From Chrysomallon squamiferum (Eukaryota > Animalia > Mollusca), in NCBI GenBank assembly GCA_012295275.1, contig CM022674.1, positions 13,144,001-13,208,000 on the forward strand: 64,000 bases of DNA. Direction: 5' to 3'. Under the pieces are notes generated by a model that worked only from the letters and a program-made list of their open reading frames with translations, was not told the origin of the DNA and searched no databases. Shown here one piece after another: positions 27,411 to 43,368 of the stretch (within the stretch, counting starts at the first letter, position 1; each line of letters begins with the position of its first letter). The position numbers were made by a program, and so were the translations under genes.

Positions 27411-28153
27411 TACCTAGATGTATGATAACTTTTAAATAAATAAAATAAATAAAATAAATAAATAAATAAATAAATAAACAAACAGAACAAAAGTCTTCCA
27501 TCTTGTTATTACTTTATTACAACAAACACATTTTTTTTTTTCTCTCTGAATTCAATAATCTATCGGGAATACTTTTAAACAAAACATTGCAAAATTCTAT
27601 TTTATTTATTTATAAACCTTTTACTTCTTAATTTTTAATCTTTTTTTTCACATATATATATATTTTTTTAATCTTTGTTTTTTCATGACTCTCTTCCTAC
27701 CTTTCTTTCCCCTCGAGGTTTTTCATGTTTGAAATCATTTGGCAAATAATTTATGTGTGTTTGAGAGGAAAAAGACAAAAATGTCGACCTAACTTTTTCT
27801 GCAGAAGTTTCAAGTCAGGTCATTAATTATACAATGACTTTGAATGTTGATGAGAAAATCAGAATTCTTGAGAGATAGATACGTTTACTTGAAGAATGTT
27901 GCTCTTAGTAAAGAGTTGGTCTTATTGTACAGGTTCCTGTCTCTCTCTCTGTTACTGGTTAATTTCATTCAAGTTTTTGTGATTGAGATAGAAAATTAAT
28001 AAATAAATAAATATATAGACAAATAAATAAATAAAGAATGATTGGAAATGTAAATTATAATATACTGAAAATAAATAAAAGAAGTGTAAAGATGAAAATA
28101 TTTTTAAGAAACTGGAATCGATAAGCAGCTATAACAACAACAATAGCAACAGC

Positions 28154-28213
<60 letters not shown>

Positions 28214-29073
28214 AATACAATAATAAAATAAAATAAAATAAAATAAAATAAAATAAAATAAAATAAAATATAAATAAATTAAAATTTTAATATTCGTAAG
28301 ACAATATCTTCCCTTAATACCAACAGCTTGTATAAACCTTTGTTATTTTCATTATTTGTTTATATATATAATGAATTCTGGTCGGAACAGGAGAAAACAG
28401 ATGAGGTCACTGAAATAGATAACTGACTCCGCAGATCTGTAATACATCTTGAGTAAATACAGATTGGTTTGTGCTGATCTGTACACATGATAAAATCATA
28501 ACTACTCCATACTGCGTGATTTTTTTTTATTTTAACATATTTGTGTTTAGACTTTGTAAACTGATACATCTGGCTTGTTAAAGAAGGAACAAAAATCTTC
28601 CTCTTCAGAGGAGAGTCATGTGGGCAGACAACTGTTGATGTAAACCATGGGGGGGCTGGGTGGCTCTAATTTCAGATAAATATCGGAGGAGAATGTCATT
28701 GTTAGGAATGCATTGGGTGAAATTTTCTTGTTTGTTAACGTAGTGTTGTGTTTCAGAAGCTTTTCTTTTCCAACACAAGCGATGTGAGCAGGAGATGAAT
28801 TGTATTTAAGCCGATAGGCAAGGGAGATAAGTAAATCTAATAGGATAGCAAAGGGAGGTAAACTCGACGTGAGTGATGACATGTAGCGATAGCGCTGTCG
28901 GTGTAAATGGAATTCTGCAATCAGGTCTGACAAGAGGAGGTGTCTGTGAGTCAGTGTGTGTGTTCGTTATTTCATTTCTCACATTTAGTTATTTATGGGG
29001 TTTTTTTAGTTTTTATTTATGAGCTAATATTTGAGACACATTGCAAAAATAAGGTTGCACACACACAGACACA

Positions 29074-29141
<68 letters not shown>

Positions 29142-29643
29142 AACACACAGACAAATAAATACACACAAACAATATTCATTATTCCTAAACCATACTTGCA
29201 AAAAAAAAAAACCAAAAATTGCAGAAATTTTAACTTTACTCTGTCTAAAGAAAAACCACTGCTGTGAAACCTTTCCTATCAAGAATCACAACGTTAATTA
29301 ATGTAGTTAATTTTGTCTGCGACTTTCTCTCACCCTGGCATGAGTAAGAAAAATCAATTAATGCATTCTTCATTAGGGCTGGGTTCCTGTTAATTAAAAT
29401 CACAGTTCTTGCAATACCACTTGAATAACTGGGATTTTTCTTAAACTTCATCACAGTTTTAGGACCATTTCCTGTCGGTATATTTTTAAAAATTAATCTT
29501 GACATATTTTTGTATGTATGTATGTATGTATGTGTGAATATATCTGTTTTCTGTATACAAGTCAGTAGATATGTATCTGTGCATATGTGTATGTATGTTT
29601 ATGTATGTGTGTGCATGCTTGTTATGCAGGTATGTGTAAATGT

Positions 29644-29709
<66 letters not shown>

Positions 29710-30196
29710 TTGTGGGTGTGTGTGGGTGTGGATGTGGATGTGGATGTGGGTGTGTGGGTGGGTGTGGGTATCTATATAGATAGGCAGATAGATAGTAACT
29801 TACAAGTGTACATTTTTACTTACATGTATTATTTACATCTAACAATATCTTACTCTAACCCTTACTCTACCCACCATTCTAACTCTCACCCCTACCCTTT
29901 ACCCTCCTGGTATCTGATTAAATAACACCCCCCATGCTGTGCAGCTGCTATCACTGAACAGTGGTTGGTCATGGAGATATCTTTTCAAAGAGTGGTCACA
30001 GCAGGGTATCTCAACACAAGATATCTCTGATACCTGCCCAGCCCTTTGATCTCCTCCTTGCCAGAGCTAAGCATCTTTTGTGAAAATCTTTTGTTTTCTT
30101 TACAATTTCCCTGTCACATGGCAAACTGGCAGTTAGGTAAATATTATCTTAAACCTCAGTTAGGTAAAACATCCTTATCTGATCTGCAGAGCTGGA

Positions 30197-30495
<299 letters not shown>

Positions 30496-30809
30496 AAAAA
30501 ATAAAAAATTCAAATAAAATAAAGTAAGATAAAAAATCAAATAATAAAGATTTAAAAAATCATGTTAAAATTTAAGAACAAATAACAGAACAAAAATAAA
30601 AATAAAAAACCCAAAACAAAACAACACAAAACAACATAATATATCTGTTCACTTTTAACACTTTACAGAGAAGTAAACTCAACGCACTGTGTGTTCACGT
30701 AAGCAAACTGCACAGATTCGTCTTCACTGTTGATATTCGGAATTATAGAGCAGAAACCTCAACACAGGACAAGCAAAAACACTATATCAATTACATTCAG
30801 AGTGATTCT

Positions 30810-31160
30810 GAGTCGCTTTCAAAGCCGAATTACACACTGCAGGCTCGAGGGCCTCGATGATTTAAGAGCCAGCTCGAAGGGGAATGCTGGGAAGGGGAGC
30901 ACGTCCAATCAGGCGAGCTATCACTCAGTATGACACGCCGTGATATATCGGACTGTTTGAACTGTACAAATTGATATCCACCAACACGGCAGCCTGATTA
31001 AACATACTTCTCAGATTGATCGCGACCCAGGGTCGGGCGCAGCGCCGGGCAGAGCGAAATCAGCCGAAGATGACATCTTCAAATAAATGTACCCAGTCGG
31101 ATTAATATTTGTGTAATTGTCGGATCATTTTTAATAAACCTCGCGATATCGCAGATACAG
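30810..31160. promoter_or_regulatory. CpG-rich intronic segment with CCAAT box and Staf/ZNF143-like motif; candidate enhancer or promoter
   Basis: Dense CpGs (e.g. cgcgacccagggtcgggcgcagcgccgggc), CCAATCAG at 30905 and GGAATGCTGGGAAG at 30881-30894, in a CpG-poor background. Confidence 0.4.
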
Positions 31161-31240
31161 ATAGTCTCCGACTGTCTGTCTGTCTGTCTGTCTCTCTCTT
31201 CTGTTGTCTGTATGTCTCTGTCTCTGTCTCTCTCTTCTGT

Positions 31241-31293
<53 letters not shown>

Positions 31294-31541
31294 GTCTGTC
31301 TTTCCCAATTTGTTTCTCTCTCGGTTTTTAACAATATAATTATATCTATTGATAGACAGCTGTATCAAATGGGTTGGTAAATTATCATATCAAAACCTGT
31401 TGGTAAGCGATGTTATCAAACCTGACAGTAAATTATAATATAAATAGTGGTAAATGTCATATTAGTCCTCTTGATAAGATATACAAGCATCTGTTACATG
31501 TACATTTTTCTGCTTGTATTATTCTGTGTGTGTGTGTGTGT

Positions 31542-31608
<67 letters not shown>

Positions 31609-32994
31609 TGTATATAGTATGTATGTATTTATATATTTGTGTGATTATATATGTGTGTTTATTTTGTATGTAAATATGTGCCTATGTGTAAGTATATGTG
31701 TGTGTATATGTATGTATGTATGTATGTCTGTCTGTGTGTGTGTGTGTGTGTGCGTGTTTCTGATCTGTTTAAAACTGTTTATTATTCCACATCCATACAC
31801 TCTCGTCTAGACAAAGCAATGTTAAAAATTCTCTGCTTGACAAGATTATAAATATTAGAGTCACATGATTTGACTTTCATCAGTCAAAGCGGACAGCAGA
31901 GAAATCAGTGACAAACCAGCAAGTTAATAATATTCCAAGATTGCGTTTTGAATTAATCCTCCAGCCATCTTGATTAGAATATTGTCACGCAGATGACAAA
32001 GTGCTAACATTTATTCGTATATTAAATATATCAAAAATTATTTTTTTTTTTTTTTTTTACCCCTTTAGAGATGAAGTTTCAGTCGATTTTGTCTTATTTA
32101 TGTTTTCATTGTTCTGTTAATGATGAGTTTATTTATTTATTTGATTAAAAATAAAAATCTGTATAAATGATGAAATTGGTGTCTGAACACATTTGTGTTT
32201 CCGTGTGATATTGAAAGTGATTTTTTTTCCCAATTTTGTTTCATTTATTTTTTTTTTTCTTTTTCTTTACAGTTGTATTGATATAGCAACTGTTAAAATT
32301 ATAGCTAATAGTTGTATCATACCCATAAATAATTGTTCATCACCATAGATGGATACAGTAACTTAATATTTAATAAATAATGCCGGTGAACTGTTAACAA
32401 TGATGTTGACACAACACTTAGTAAATAATTAAACATACAGGCTTACTGTATAACATCAAAAATTGATTTTTCAAGATCATGTATGGCGACATTATTCTGA
32501 ATTTTGAAAACATTTCTTTGTCACATTTTTGACAGAATGTTTTGATGGTGTATTTAATGGCGATATTAATACTGAAATTTTAATGTATTTTTTGGACATA
32601 ACGCATCATATATGAAAATTTAAAAAAAGAAAAATCTATTCTAGTAGTGTATTAATGATGATATTAACATGGAGATTGTTAAACTGTTCACATTTTTATT
32701 TACAATTTTATATCGAAAACATTTTTTAATTTTTGTAACAGGTGAATGGATACGATAATGTAACTTAACTTTTTTTTATTTTTTTTTTATTCTAGTGATT
32801 TGATATATTGCTTAATATTTTATCGTCTAAACAGTAAATTTTAATAATGTTTGTTTTATGTCTTTTTTAACCTTTGGAAATGAAAGTTGATCCACCTATT
32901 ATGTCTTTGTTCTAGACAATACTTTCAGCTGAAGTAAGTTTTCAAACTTCAGATCGTAAATGTGTCTTAAATTTAGGATTTAGTAATATGAGAA

Positions 32995-33308
32995 ATGCAA
33001 AACAGAGTTTTCACATTTGTGTGAATACATTAAAAAGAGTAGAAACATTTTCTTAAGACTTTTTTTTTTTTTTGGGACACATTTTTATGCATATATAGTT
33101 TTTGTGTGTATATACTAACATGCATGTGCATTCACATGCACACATATGCATATAAAGTGTAATACAAGACATGCAAAACAGAATTTTCATATTTATACAC
33201 ACATTAAGAAAGTAGAAATATTTCTGAAGACTTTTTTTGTTCGGGGTGGGGGGACACATTTTCTTATACATATGTAGGTTTTTGTGCAGGTCCCATAACA
33301 TGCATGCA
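32995..33308. repeat. Diverged ~176-bp direct duplication
   Basis: 'atgcaaaacaga.ttttca...gtagaaa.attt...aagacttttttt...gggacacatttt...aacatgcatg' begins at 32995 and 33171. Confidence 0.75.
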
Positions 33309-34600
33309 TTACCATCAATCTATTTCAGGAAAAACCCAAACAACAACAACAACAACACATTAAAAAACAGACAGCACACAATGTTGAATGTTTGATATTA
33401 TATTTTAATGCTGATCTTGTAATCCTCAACAAATTAAACAGGAATTTAACCTTTTTTCTGCAGAATCTTGTCTAGACACTGTCAAACACCCATGTTCTTA
33501 ATCCATTTTAATCTCTGAGTTATTTTACACAGGATTATCCTTTATCTCCAACCAGGATTAATGTTTGACACATATCAGTATCTTAATCCTAAGACAAATT
33601 TACGTAAACTATCGTTTTTGTCTAGGATTTAAAATGGGAACATTATTTTGAAATTATGATTATTAATATGAAAAAAGTATTTGCAGAATTATGTAATGGA
33701 AATAAAATTATTCAAAAATAATATCTATTTAATGTTTTAAAAAGTATTTTTAGGTTTAAGCAATGAAATGGAAATTGTCACTTTAAATAATATATATTTA
33801 ATATTAAAAATATATTCATTTTTAAGTAATAATTATTTCTTTCAATTATAATTAGAAAGTGGAAATACTTTTTCTTTAAATAATAATAAACTTATATAAT
33901 GTACTTAATAATTTAAGTATCAAAAAATGGAAATATTTATTTTAAATAATAAATATTTTATATAATTATTTTATTTTTATTTAGTCAGTTTTTTATCTCA
34001 TTCCACTTTTGTTATTTTATTTTCCATAAAGACATTTCTTGCTATTAAACCAATTTTAATGTCGAAATTTTAAAATTGTTATTATAACAGATGTAAAGCA
34101 TTTTCATATTTTCAACATTCACTGTTATTTAATATCCAGATGTCTGTGTTATTTATTTTAAATTTATATCTTGGCAGAATACTTTTTTCATTAATTATGT
34201 AGTATTAATATTTTTTTTTTTTTTTTTTTTTTTTATTTTTATATATTATTAGTTCTTTTATATATCATGTTGCATTACATTACTTGGCTTAAAGTGAATT
34301 CATTTCATAATTGTGTGAATTATGTTTGAATTAATTGAAGTAAAATAGTACCTGTTTAATGTGTTAAAATATTTCATTCTAACATCTGGCCTTTAATGTT
34401 AATTATTTCAAATTTCTGTTTTATTAAATTAGCCTGTTTAAAATGGCTGTACATTTGTTGTAAATGATATCACTGTTATTTCAGTGATTTTAACTATTTT
34501 AAAATGTTTTATTATTATGTGACAATGTATGTTGTGATTTAATTTCATTACTAAAACTAAATTCTAGATTCATATTAACTTCATTAACTTCTGTATAATA

Positions 34601-34670
<70 letters not shown>

Positions 34671-34693
34671 CCCCTCCTTCTTCTTCCTCCTCA

Positions 34694-34733
<40 letters not shown>

Positions 34734-36454
34734 GTATATTAATGGACCTTGATACATAATCTGACCACTTAGGCAATCAGTATAACATTACAGAAATTAC
34801 CGCACATCGTTACCTATATCAGTTATCACACGTCGCATTAAGACAGAATTAAACACACAGACACACACACTGCACTTCGCAGGCAGGCAGGCTCATTCTC
34901 AACTACTTATTAAATTAGCCACAGCGACTTACGACTAATTACACCAGCGCAATCTCCAGCCTTAATCTCAATCACTTCATTACTCAGATAAGTGTCGTAA
35001 ACCTATCTAACTCGAACACTGCCATCTCTTCTACCCAGTGCTCACCACTCTTCATCTCCCAGTTTGGTCGTCATGGCGAGTAATCACATCGTTTACATGT
35101 AACAGATAATCCTGACTCTGAAGATAGGAGTGGGTGTTACTCAACAGTGTTTGCACAGCACCTAATGCGGGATAACTCCGGGTTTAACTTCTAATCGCAG
35201 AATGTAAACTTCAGTCAGAACTCGTAACTTGATAAGGTTACATGACTTTAACGAGAGGTGGAATAAGTTTAATATGTTACAGGCCTGCAGTTAGTTTGTT
35301 TGTAGATAAAACTTGCATAAAGTGTCATTTGTCGTTACTGGTGTCTGTTTTAATTTTTTTTTCCGTTCCAACTTATGCTCTGAATACAAATATAAAGTGT
35401 GAAGAAACAAAAGATGATGGTAGTGTTTACATAGAAACAAAATCCCCCAAAAAACAACAAAACACATTTGTAAGAAAAGTTGAAAGAAAATAAGAATTAA
35501 AAACCAAAAATTTCCTTCAAAAAGGATAAAATTCCAAAGAAAATAGGTTTAAAAAATTCCAAATAACAAGAAAAGGAAAAAGAAATCAGAAAAAAATAAC
35601 CCCACAACCAAAAAATAACAACAGAGAAATATAAGAAGAAAATAAAAAGATAAAAGGGGTAAAAAAGAAGAAAATTTCAAAAAACTGAAAAAAGAAGAAT
35701 TTAGGAAGTCTTGAGAGAAATGTTTTTCCCATGTTGAATGTTTCTCCTGTTTTGAGATAATTTTTGAAGTTGCCTGACATTGACCGATGTTTATTTGAGT
35801 TGTGAGTGACGTTGCTCCTCACAGCTAACGATGTAGCGAAGACTTGCAGTCTCGACGATGCAGTGTTAACAGCTAGTTACGACCCTCGGAGAAACTTTCT
35901 TCAGGGACCAGTCATTACACTGAATGTTCCATCTAGGGAGCAGTTGTTGTACGTCGAGTGAAAGAATGATAAATCAGAATAATTAACTTTAAAATATGTG
36001 TTAATATATAATAATAATAATAATCATGATTTTAAAAATATATAAAAATAAAATTATAAAATTAACAACAATAATAAAACTATTATAATAATAACAATAA
36101 ATTAAAAATAAATGAATAAATAAAACTGATAATAATAAATAAAAAATGATAAAATGAAACTAAAACTAAAACTAAAATTTCAAAATACAATATAATACAA
36201 TACAATGCAATGCAATACAATACAGTAATAATACAATACAGTACAAATAGAACAATATGTAGCAAAATGAGATAAATGGTTAACTACTGTGGTAATTGAA
36301 AGAGAAATTGTGTGTAGAATTAAAATGGCTGTTAGGGGAATTTGGTAAAAGAATTAGTTATTGTTTTAAACAGTCCTGCACGATCTGCTAAAACAGTTAG
36401 GTGTGGTAATTACAAAATCCCTAGTGACTGAATGATACAGTTGTACATTAGATT

Positions 36455-36591
<137 letters not shown>

Positions 36592-39500
36592 AAAGATAAG
36601 ATAGAGAGAATGCAAAGATAAGATCCTTAGACAGATTTACATACAGAGATACAGAGATATCTGCAGGGAGAATGAGAGATGCAACAAATACCATGTTAAT
36701 TAACAAGAAACTGAATGATAGAGAAAGAAAGGAAGAAGAAAAAAGTAATTTACAAAAGACTAAAACAGAACAACAGCACAAGCCAACGCATTTTAAAAAT
36801 CTCAAGTTAAAAAGGTCAACTGCAGAATTAAACTTTGAAATCACAATCAACGTTTCTGTTACTTAACACTGAACCTGAGCCAGACAGAGACTTATCATGT
36901 ATACAGCAGTGACAAGGCTTTCAAATTAAGTCTGTATTAATTATCACATAATTGTCAGTGCATGAACGTGGTATGCTAATGACCCCTGCGACATACGAGG
37001 AATATGTAACAAGGAGTAGACGCATATTAGAATACACGAGTATATACGTAATAGTTATTTGATTGCAGGCGTGCCAGAGTTTTATTGAGATTAAATAAAT
37101 GGTATGAATGTAGATGGAAATTGATTAAAACTGGACAAAGGTCAGACTCGGCTGATGTGATGAGTGGAAACATGTTAATGCTTTTAATGCTTATCACATT
37201 TTTTCATTAAATGTTAGCCATTGGGGAGAGGATATCACACACTTTCAAAGCAAAAAGAATTAAAAAAAAAACAGCAAGAAAGAAAAAAGATAACTTGAAA
37301 TGTAGTCATCATTTTGGTGTATGAAATAGTGTTTTATTTTTTTTTTGTCAGTTATATATACAGAGATGTATCCTGCTTTCTGATTGGCTCATTCATCTGT
37401 TTTCCAGACATTTTACACAGACTGTTATATTTTGTTCATGCAATGATTTTAGGAAAAACTGTTACACAATAATTTCAAAGCTCATTAGAAATATAATTCT
37501 GGAGTTTCTCAGAACAATAATGATGCACCATTTATAGTTATTCTGAAATTTCTTAGAACTTGATTTACTTATTCTGAAGTTTTCTGAAATCTTTCAGAAA
37601 CACAACACAACTCGGACAATATTTTCAACTTCATTAAGGTCCTAATCCACCCTTCTTTTTTTTTTAATTTTTGAAAATTTCATTAAAAAAAACAAAACAA
37701 ACAGGACACTCTGTTCTTCTAACCAGACATTTTCCTGCAGCTATTCCAGTTTTGTGCTCCAAACAAAACGTGATCTCGGACAACCAAGCTCGTTGAATAA
37801 TGAATCCTAAACGATAAGTCTTGTAACTCGACACCCGTCACCTGACCTGGTATTTATGAATATTTCACGGGGTAGAAGTCGACCTGTCACAGCTGATGGC
37901 TGTGTTGCAGTGCTGATGATGCATTATTCATCAGCGAGTCACAGAACTGTGCAGAAATCTGATTGTTCCTAGTTGACACTTTTCATAGTCAACACCAGAT
38001 TTTTAAAAAAACCAAAAAACACGCACACACTTTGCTGTTAATTGATGACTGCAGGGTTGGGGGGAGGGGAGAAGTTTGCATCATGTTTAAAATGTCTGAA
38101 AGTTAATGGATGAAGAAGGTAGGCGAGGGGGGAGTTGGTGGACGGAGGGGGGAGTTTATTGGAGGAAGGAGAATGGGGGGAAAATTGTTGAAAGTGATAC
38201 TTGGGGATGTGACAAATTATTTATAATAAAAAAAAAGAAGATGTAGGTAGAAAGTTTCAAATAGCCGACACAAACAATAGTTGACAGATGAATGTAATGG
38301 ATTAGGGTGGGGTGGTGTTTGTGTAAGGGTGGAGAAGTAAATGGTCCAGGGTAGGGTGACACTTTGTTTTAAGGTGGTGAAGGTGATAGACAGTTCAATA
38401 GCTGAAAGTATTCTGGACACTTTTAATAAGAATAATGGACGTAATTAGATCTCCACGCGATGCCTGTATTAGATTTGCCCGGAATATCGTCAGCCCCTGA
38501 CATGACATGTTTTTACAACATTCCCATAGCATGTCTTGGTATTGAATTTCTTCTCAAAAAGGCAAAAGCATCTTCATTGTAAGCAGGGAACTAATTTTGG
38601 CTTTGGTAATCACATTAGACTCTTCTTCTCTTATTTGGAACCAGTCTCGTATGCAAAACACCGCAACAAGCCGACGTATTTCACAAAACCATCCAGCCCC
38701 AGGCGTTGTTCTAGCATCTTTCAAACCTGTTGGATGACTGCTGCTGCTGCTGATGATGGATTCCTGTGATTGCGCTCACCACAGACACAACAACGGGTTT
38801 TCGCTGATTAATTACGACAACCATCAGAAAGAAATGATTGCATCGTCATAAAGACAGAGAGAAAAACGGGCGTCGCATTATCCTTCACAAATGTCGAAAT
38901 CCATTACGACGCGAAGACACTGACTAATACAGGACCAACTACAGTGTCGTCCACTTAGACCGAGGACATGGTGTTTTTTTTCTTTTTTCTTCAAGGAGAG
39001 ATTTGAAAATAATTGTTCTGATTGAGTCGATGGAATAGCCATCTCATTCAGTTTGTACGGCAATTTCATTGTCATTTCAGCTGATGGTGGGGTCAGAGAT
39101 TGGGGGTCATTATGGTCTGTTGGATGGTCTGGCTTATTATAGATGGTGGGAAGGGACAGATATAAAGGAGGGTGTGTGTTGATCATTATGGTATGATTAT
39201 TTATGGTTGGTATTGCTTATTATGGATTGTGGCAAGGGTTGGAGAAAATATGTAGCTTAGAGATAGGATATATGTGCACCATTTGGGTATGAATATATTT
39301 ATATACAAAAGATTAGTATGGGGATTATGGTTCTTACTAAATTACCAATATGTGTTGAAGGAAATTTGAATATGGAGCTGCTTATTGGCATCATTGTAGT
39401 TTTTTTGTTAACTGAAACACTAAGGAGTCAAATAAATTAGTGAGAAAATATTTTATGATTTTTAATGAGAGTTTTATTTAAGTTGATAAAAAAAAAAAAA

Positions 39501-41083
39501 AAAAAAAAAAAGATTCAGGGGCAATTTTAGGGGGCAGGAGGGGAAAATTCTAGCCAACAATGTCCAGAATATTATTGAATTGTAAGAGATAACTGTGCTG
39601 TAATCCAGTGAGAGTTGGAAAATGTTTGATGAATCATAATCTTGAAATCTTGATCTGTTTATGATGTCATTGTGTTGTCTCTCTCCTCTCTGTGTGTGTC
39701 TCTCTGTGTCTCTCTCCAAGGTTATGGTTTGTGAGGTAATTGTGTCGGGGAGGAGGTTGTTATTGGGTAATTTACTCCCTCTTGTGAAATAATGACACTG
39801 TTGGACCTGACTTCTTGTACCAGCTGTCGAAACAATTGGAAATCTGGAATAAAGACGACCGAATGGTTATTATTTAAACTTTTCTTCTTTTCTCATATTT
39901 CATTACCATTTCCATTACTGCCTTGTTAGGCATGATGACTGTGAAGATGATGATGCGATTATGATGATGATGTGATTATGTTGATGGTGTGATTATAGTG
40001 ATGATAAAAATGATGATGATGATGAAGATGATGATGATTATTATGTTGATTTTAATTACAACAGATTATTTAATAAGCAAATTTATGATAAAAAAAAAAT
40101 GATGATTAGTATGATGCCAAATGATAAACAAAAAAAGAAAAAGATTATATGATGATGATGATATTGATGGTGACATTAAAAAGTAATGATGATAATAAAA
40201 AAAAAAGGATTATAATGATGATAATATTATAGGTATGGATATGATCATGATAAGTATCTTTTTAAAAGCTTTTTTTTTTTTTTTTTTTTACTTTATTTTA
40301 ATGATTTCTTCTTCATCTTCTTGTTGCTATTATCATTACTTTGATTACTACTACCACCACAATTACCACTACTACTACTACCACTGACACTTAATAACTA
40401 TAAATATTAAAATATCATTCATTCATTCAAGTTTACAATCAAGTTGCAGGCACTACCTATCTAGATCACGAAAATCTTTCATCCTTTTTACTCGAAAACT
40501 TGACACTTTAATTTTCTGCCAACATTTTGAAATTTCGTAACCAGGGAAACCAGCAACCAATGATTCAGGTCTTTTCAATAATAATTCTTTAGGAAATTCC
40601 TCCATTTTTTTTTTTTTTACTATGACACCTTCCTTTTCTCCGTGATGAATTAAATACCCCCAGCAAAAAAAATAAATAAAAAAAATAAAAAAATTAGTGA
40701 AAATAAATAAATGCCAAAAAAAAAAAGAGCATTTATTGGTAACTTCTTTCTTTCTTTCTTTCTTTCTTTCTCTCTTTTTTTTTATTTCTTTTCTTTCTTT
40801 CTTTCTTTCTCTTGCCAAATGAAATGGTTTTGTCCGTTTCAGTGTCAGTGTCATTCGTTGGTTAAATGTGATTAAAAGCAGGGAAAAATATTGACATCTT
40901 ATTCAAAGCGGAGAAAAGGGAAAAAAAAAAGAAAGAAAAAATTACAGCTACATTTCCTTGGTGAGTGGACAGCACTGTGTGGCAAATCGATGGTTAAAAT
41001 AGATTCAAGTTGTCACTGTTGAATTGGCTTGTTGTCAATGGTAACAAAAGATGAAATGGAGTTTGTTTGAGAAATAAATGGGG

Positions 41084-41117
<34 letters not shown>

Positions 41118-41198
41118 TAAACGAATGTTATTTAAAAGTATGAGTTGTCGAATGTCTTTAATGTAAGTAGCAAGTTAAATTTTTTTTTTTAAATAAAT

Positions 41199-41231
<33 letters not shown>

Positions 41232-41396
41232 CAACAACAAAAGCAGATAAATAAATAAACAAATCTATTATTGCTAAAGCTTTGAAGAAAAAGTGGTTAA
41301 ATTGGTAGATAAATAAATAAATGCTAAAATTTTTTTAAAAATAAAATAAAATTAAAGGCTATAGTATATAAATATATATATGTATATACGTATGTA

Positions 41397-41445
<49 letters not shown>

Positions 41446-42099
41446 TCAAATAACAAATTTATATTTAGAAACTGGTCAAAGGCAGTATTTAACATTTTTA
41501 AAAAAAAAAAATAAAAAATAACTGAAAAAAAAAGAAAGAAAGAAAGCTAGAGAGAAAAAGTGGAAGAATAAAGTAGCTTAAAGCTTAAAAGCAATACACA
41601 TGTACTTAACCAATCAGAGATGAACTGTTTGACAAGGAACCAGTCATTTCTTCCCTCTCACCCATGTAACAAATACCTAGATAATTGTAAAACAATGTAC
41701 TGCTTACCTTCACCATGGCAACCAGCCATTGTTTCTGGCTCATTTGGGAGAATAATGTAAAACAAACAGCGAGTGAGAAATGATGGAGAGAAATTCATTT
41801 CTCGGAATATTTTCTTCTCTCTTAGAAAAACGCTATCTCACAAATCTGTATGTTTGTCTTGGCAGAAGAGAATTTTTTTTTTTTTTTTTTTTTTTTTCTT
41901 CTTGCATCACTCTACTTAGACTGACTAGACAAAAATATGTGCAACAAACAAAGTGCAGATGAAAATAAGAGATGATGTTTTGAAATTTCTTTCTTGTGAA
42001 GTTTGGGGTTAATTAATCTCTCCTTTTCTCTCTGTTTTCTCTCTCTCTCTCTCTGAATGTCTATTAAACTGGCTTTGAAAGAAAGAGTGAATGAGTGTG

Positions 42100-42134
<35 letters not shown>

Positions 42135-43368
42135 AAGAGAAAGAAAGACAATAAAAGATAAAATTCATTGAATTACACAAATCCTGAGAAATATTTTTTT
42201 CTATCACATCTGTTACAAACATTCTTTGTTTAATAACTTCCATCTTTTTGTCAACCTCTCACTCAATTTAACAACTTTTTTTTAATATCTTAAGCTACCC
42301 CCCTAGGATTTTTTTTTCTTCTTTTGAACAAAGCTGTGAAATGATGGCATTATCTCTCCCCCCCATAGTCTGCATGGTGTCCTCTTCAGTGGTCACTATT
42401 GGTGGTCAGTGTCCAGTCATGGCACAAAAAAAAGATGAGAAATAATGGACTTGAGATTCAGTGTATTGTGTTTCACAATCCTTATTGATTTCAGACTTGT
42501 ATAATGCCAAAACAATGCAGAAATCTTTCTTAGTAATCATGGGAAAATTTTCTCTTGTGGTGAAATTGATGGGTCAAACCTCCTAAGTGGATCAATTGTT
42601 TTAATTTAAAAGAAACTAAATTACTGATATTTTATAGTTGTGGCTGTTGTTGTTGTTGTAGTTGTTGTTGTTGTTATTGTTGTTATTATTATTTTGTTGT
42701 TATTGTTATTATGATGATTATTATTATTATTATTATTATTATTGTTATATTGTTATTGCTATGATTATTATTGATTTATTTAGTTACTTAGTTACTTGGT
42801 CAGTTAGTTTATCAAAACACACAAACAAACAAAAAACCACTCCCCAAAAACATTTACTGAAGAACCCCCAATAAAATTTCTAATTTGTTAATAACGTTTT
42901 CAATGTTTAAAGGTGAATGTTTGTTCCACTTCATATTTCAAAGTGCCTGTGACACCGGTTGCGTTGTAGTGGTCGTAGATCACACCACAGCGGTACATGC
43001 AGCGACAGATTGATGTACCGAGAGATTACGGAAATCTTGATATTGCCCAGTTGAGCTGTTATTTACAGCTTACAGCTTACACTTGTTTCAGATCTGAAGA
43101 CCTATGTTTATAGTGATATTAGAACATAAATCAGACAGTATTGCATACACAGAGCCTCAACTTAAACGTTGTGTTGGTGTGACGTACGCAAGTTATGACA
43201 TGGGTTGAGTGAACCGTTTTTGTGGTGTTTGTTTAAAAACGGTGTTGTTTGTGATTGATGTGATATGAGTTGTGTTGGATTGTAGATATCCTTAATGTTC
43301 TTGTTTTGTTTAATGTTAGATAGCGTGTGTTTAAAATAATGGACAGATATATAGGTAGGTCTGAGGGT

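Noticed and set aside
32929-32933. tttcAG|CTGAA|GTAAGT 5-nt microexon candidate
   Set aside because: Not frame-preserving and has no other support; such motifs are expected by chance in 40 kb.
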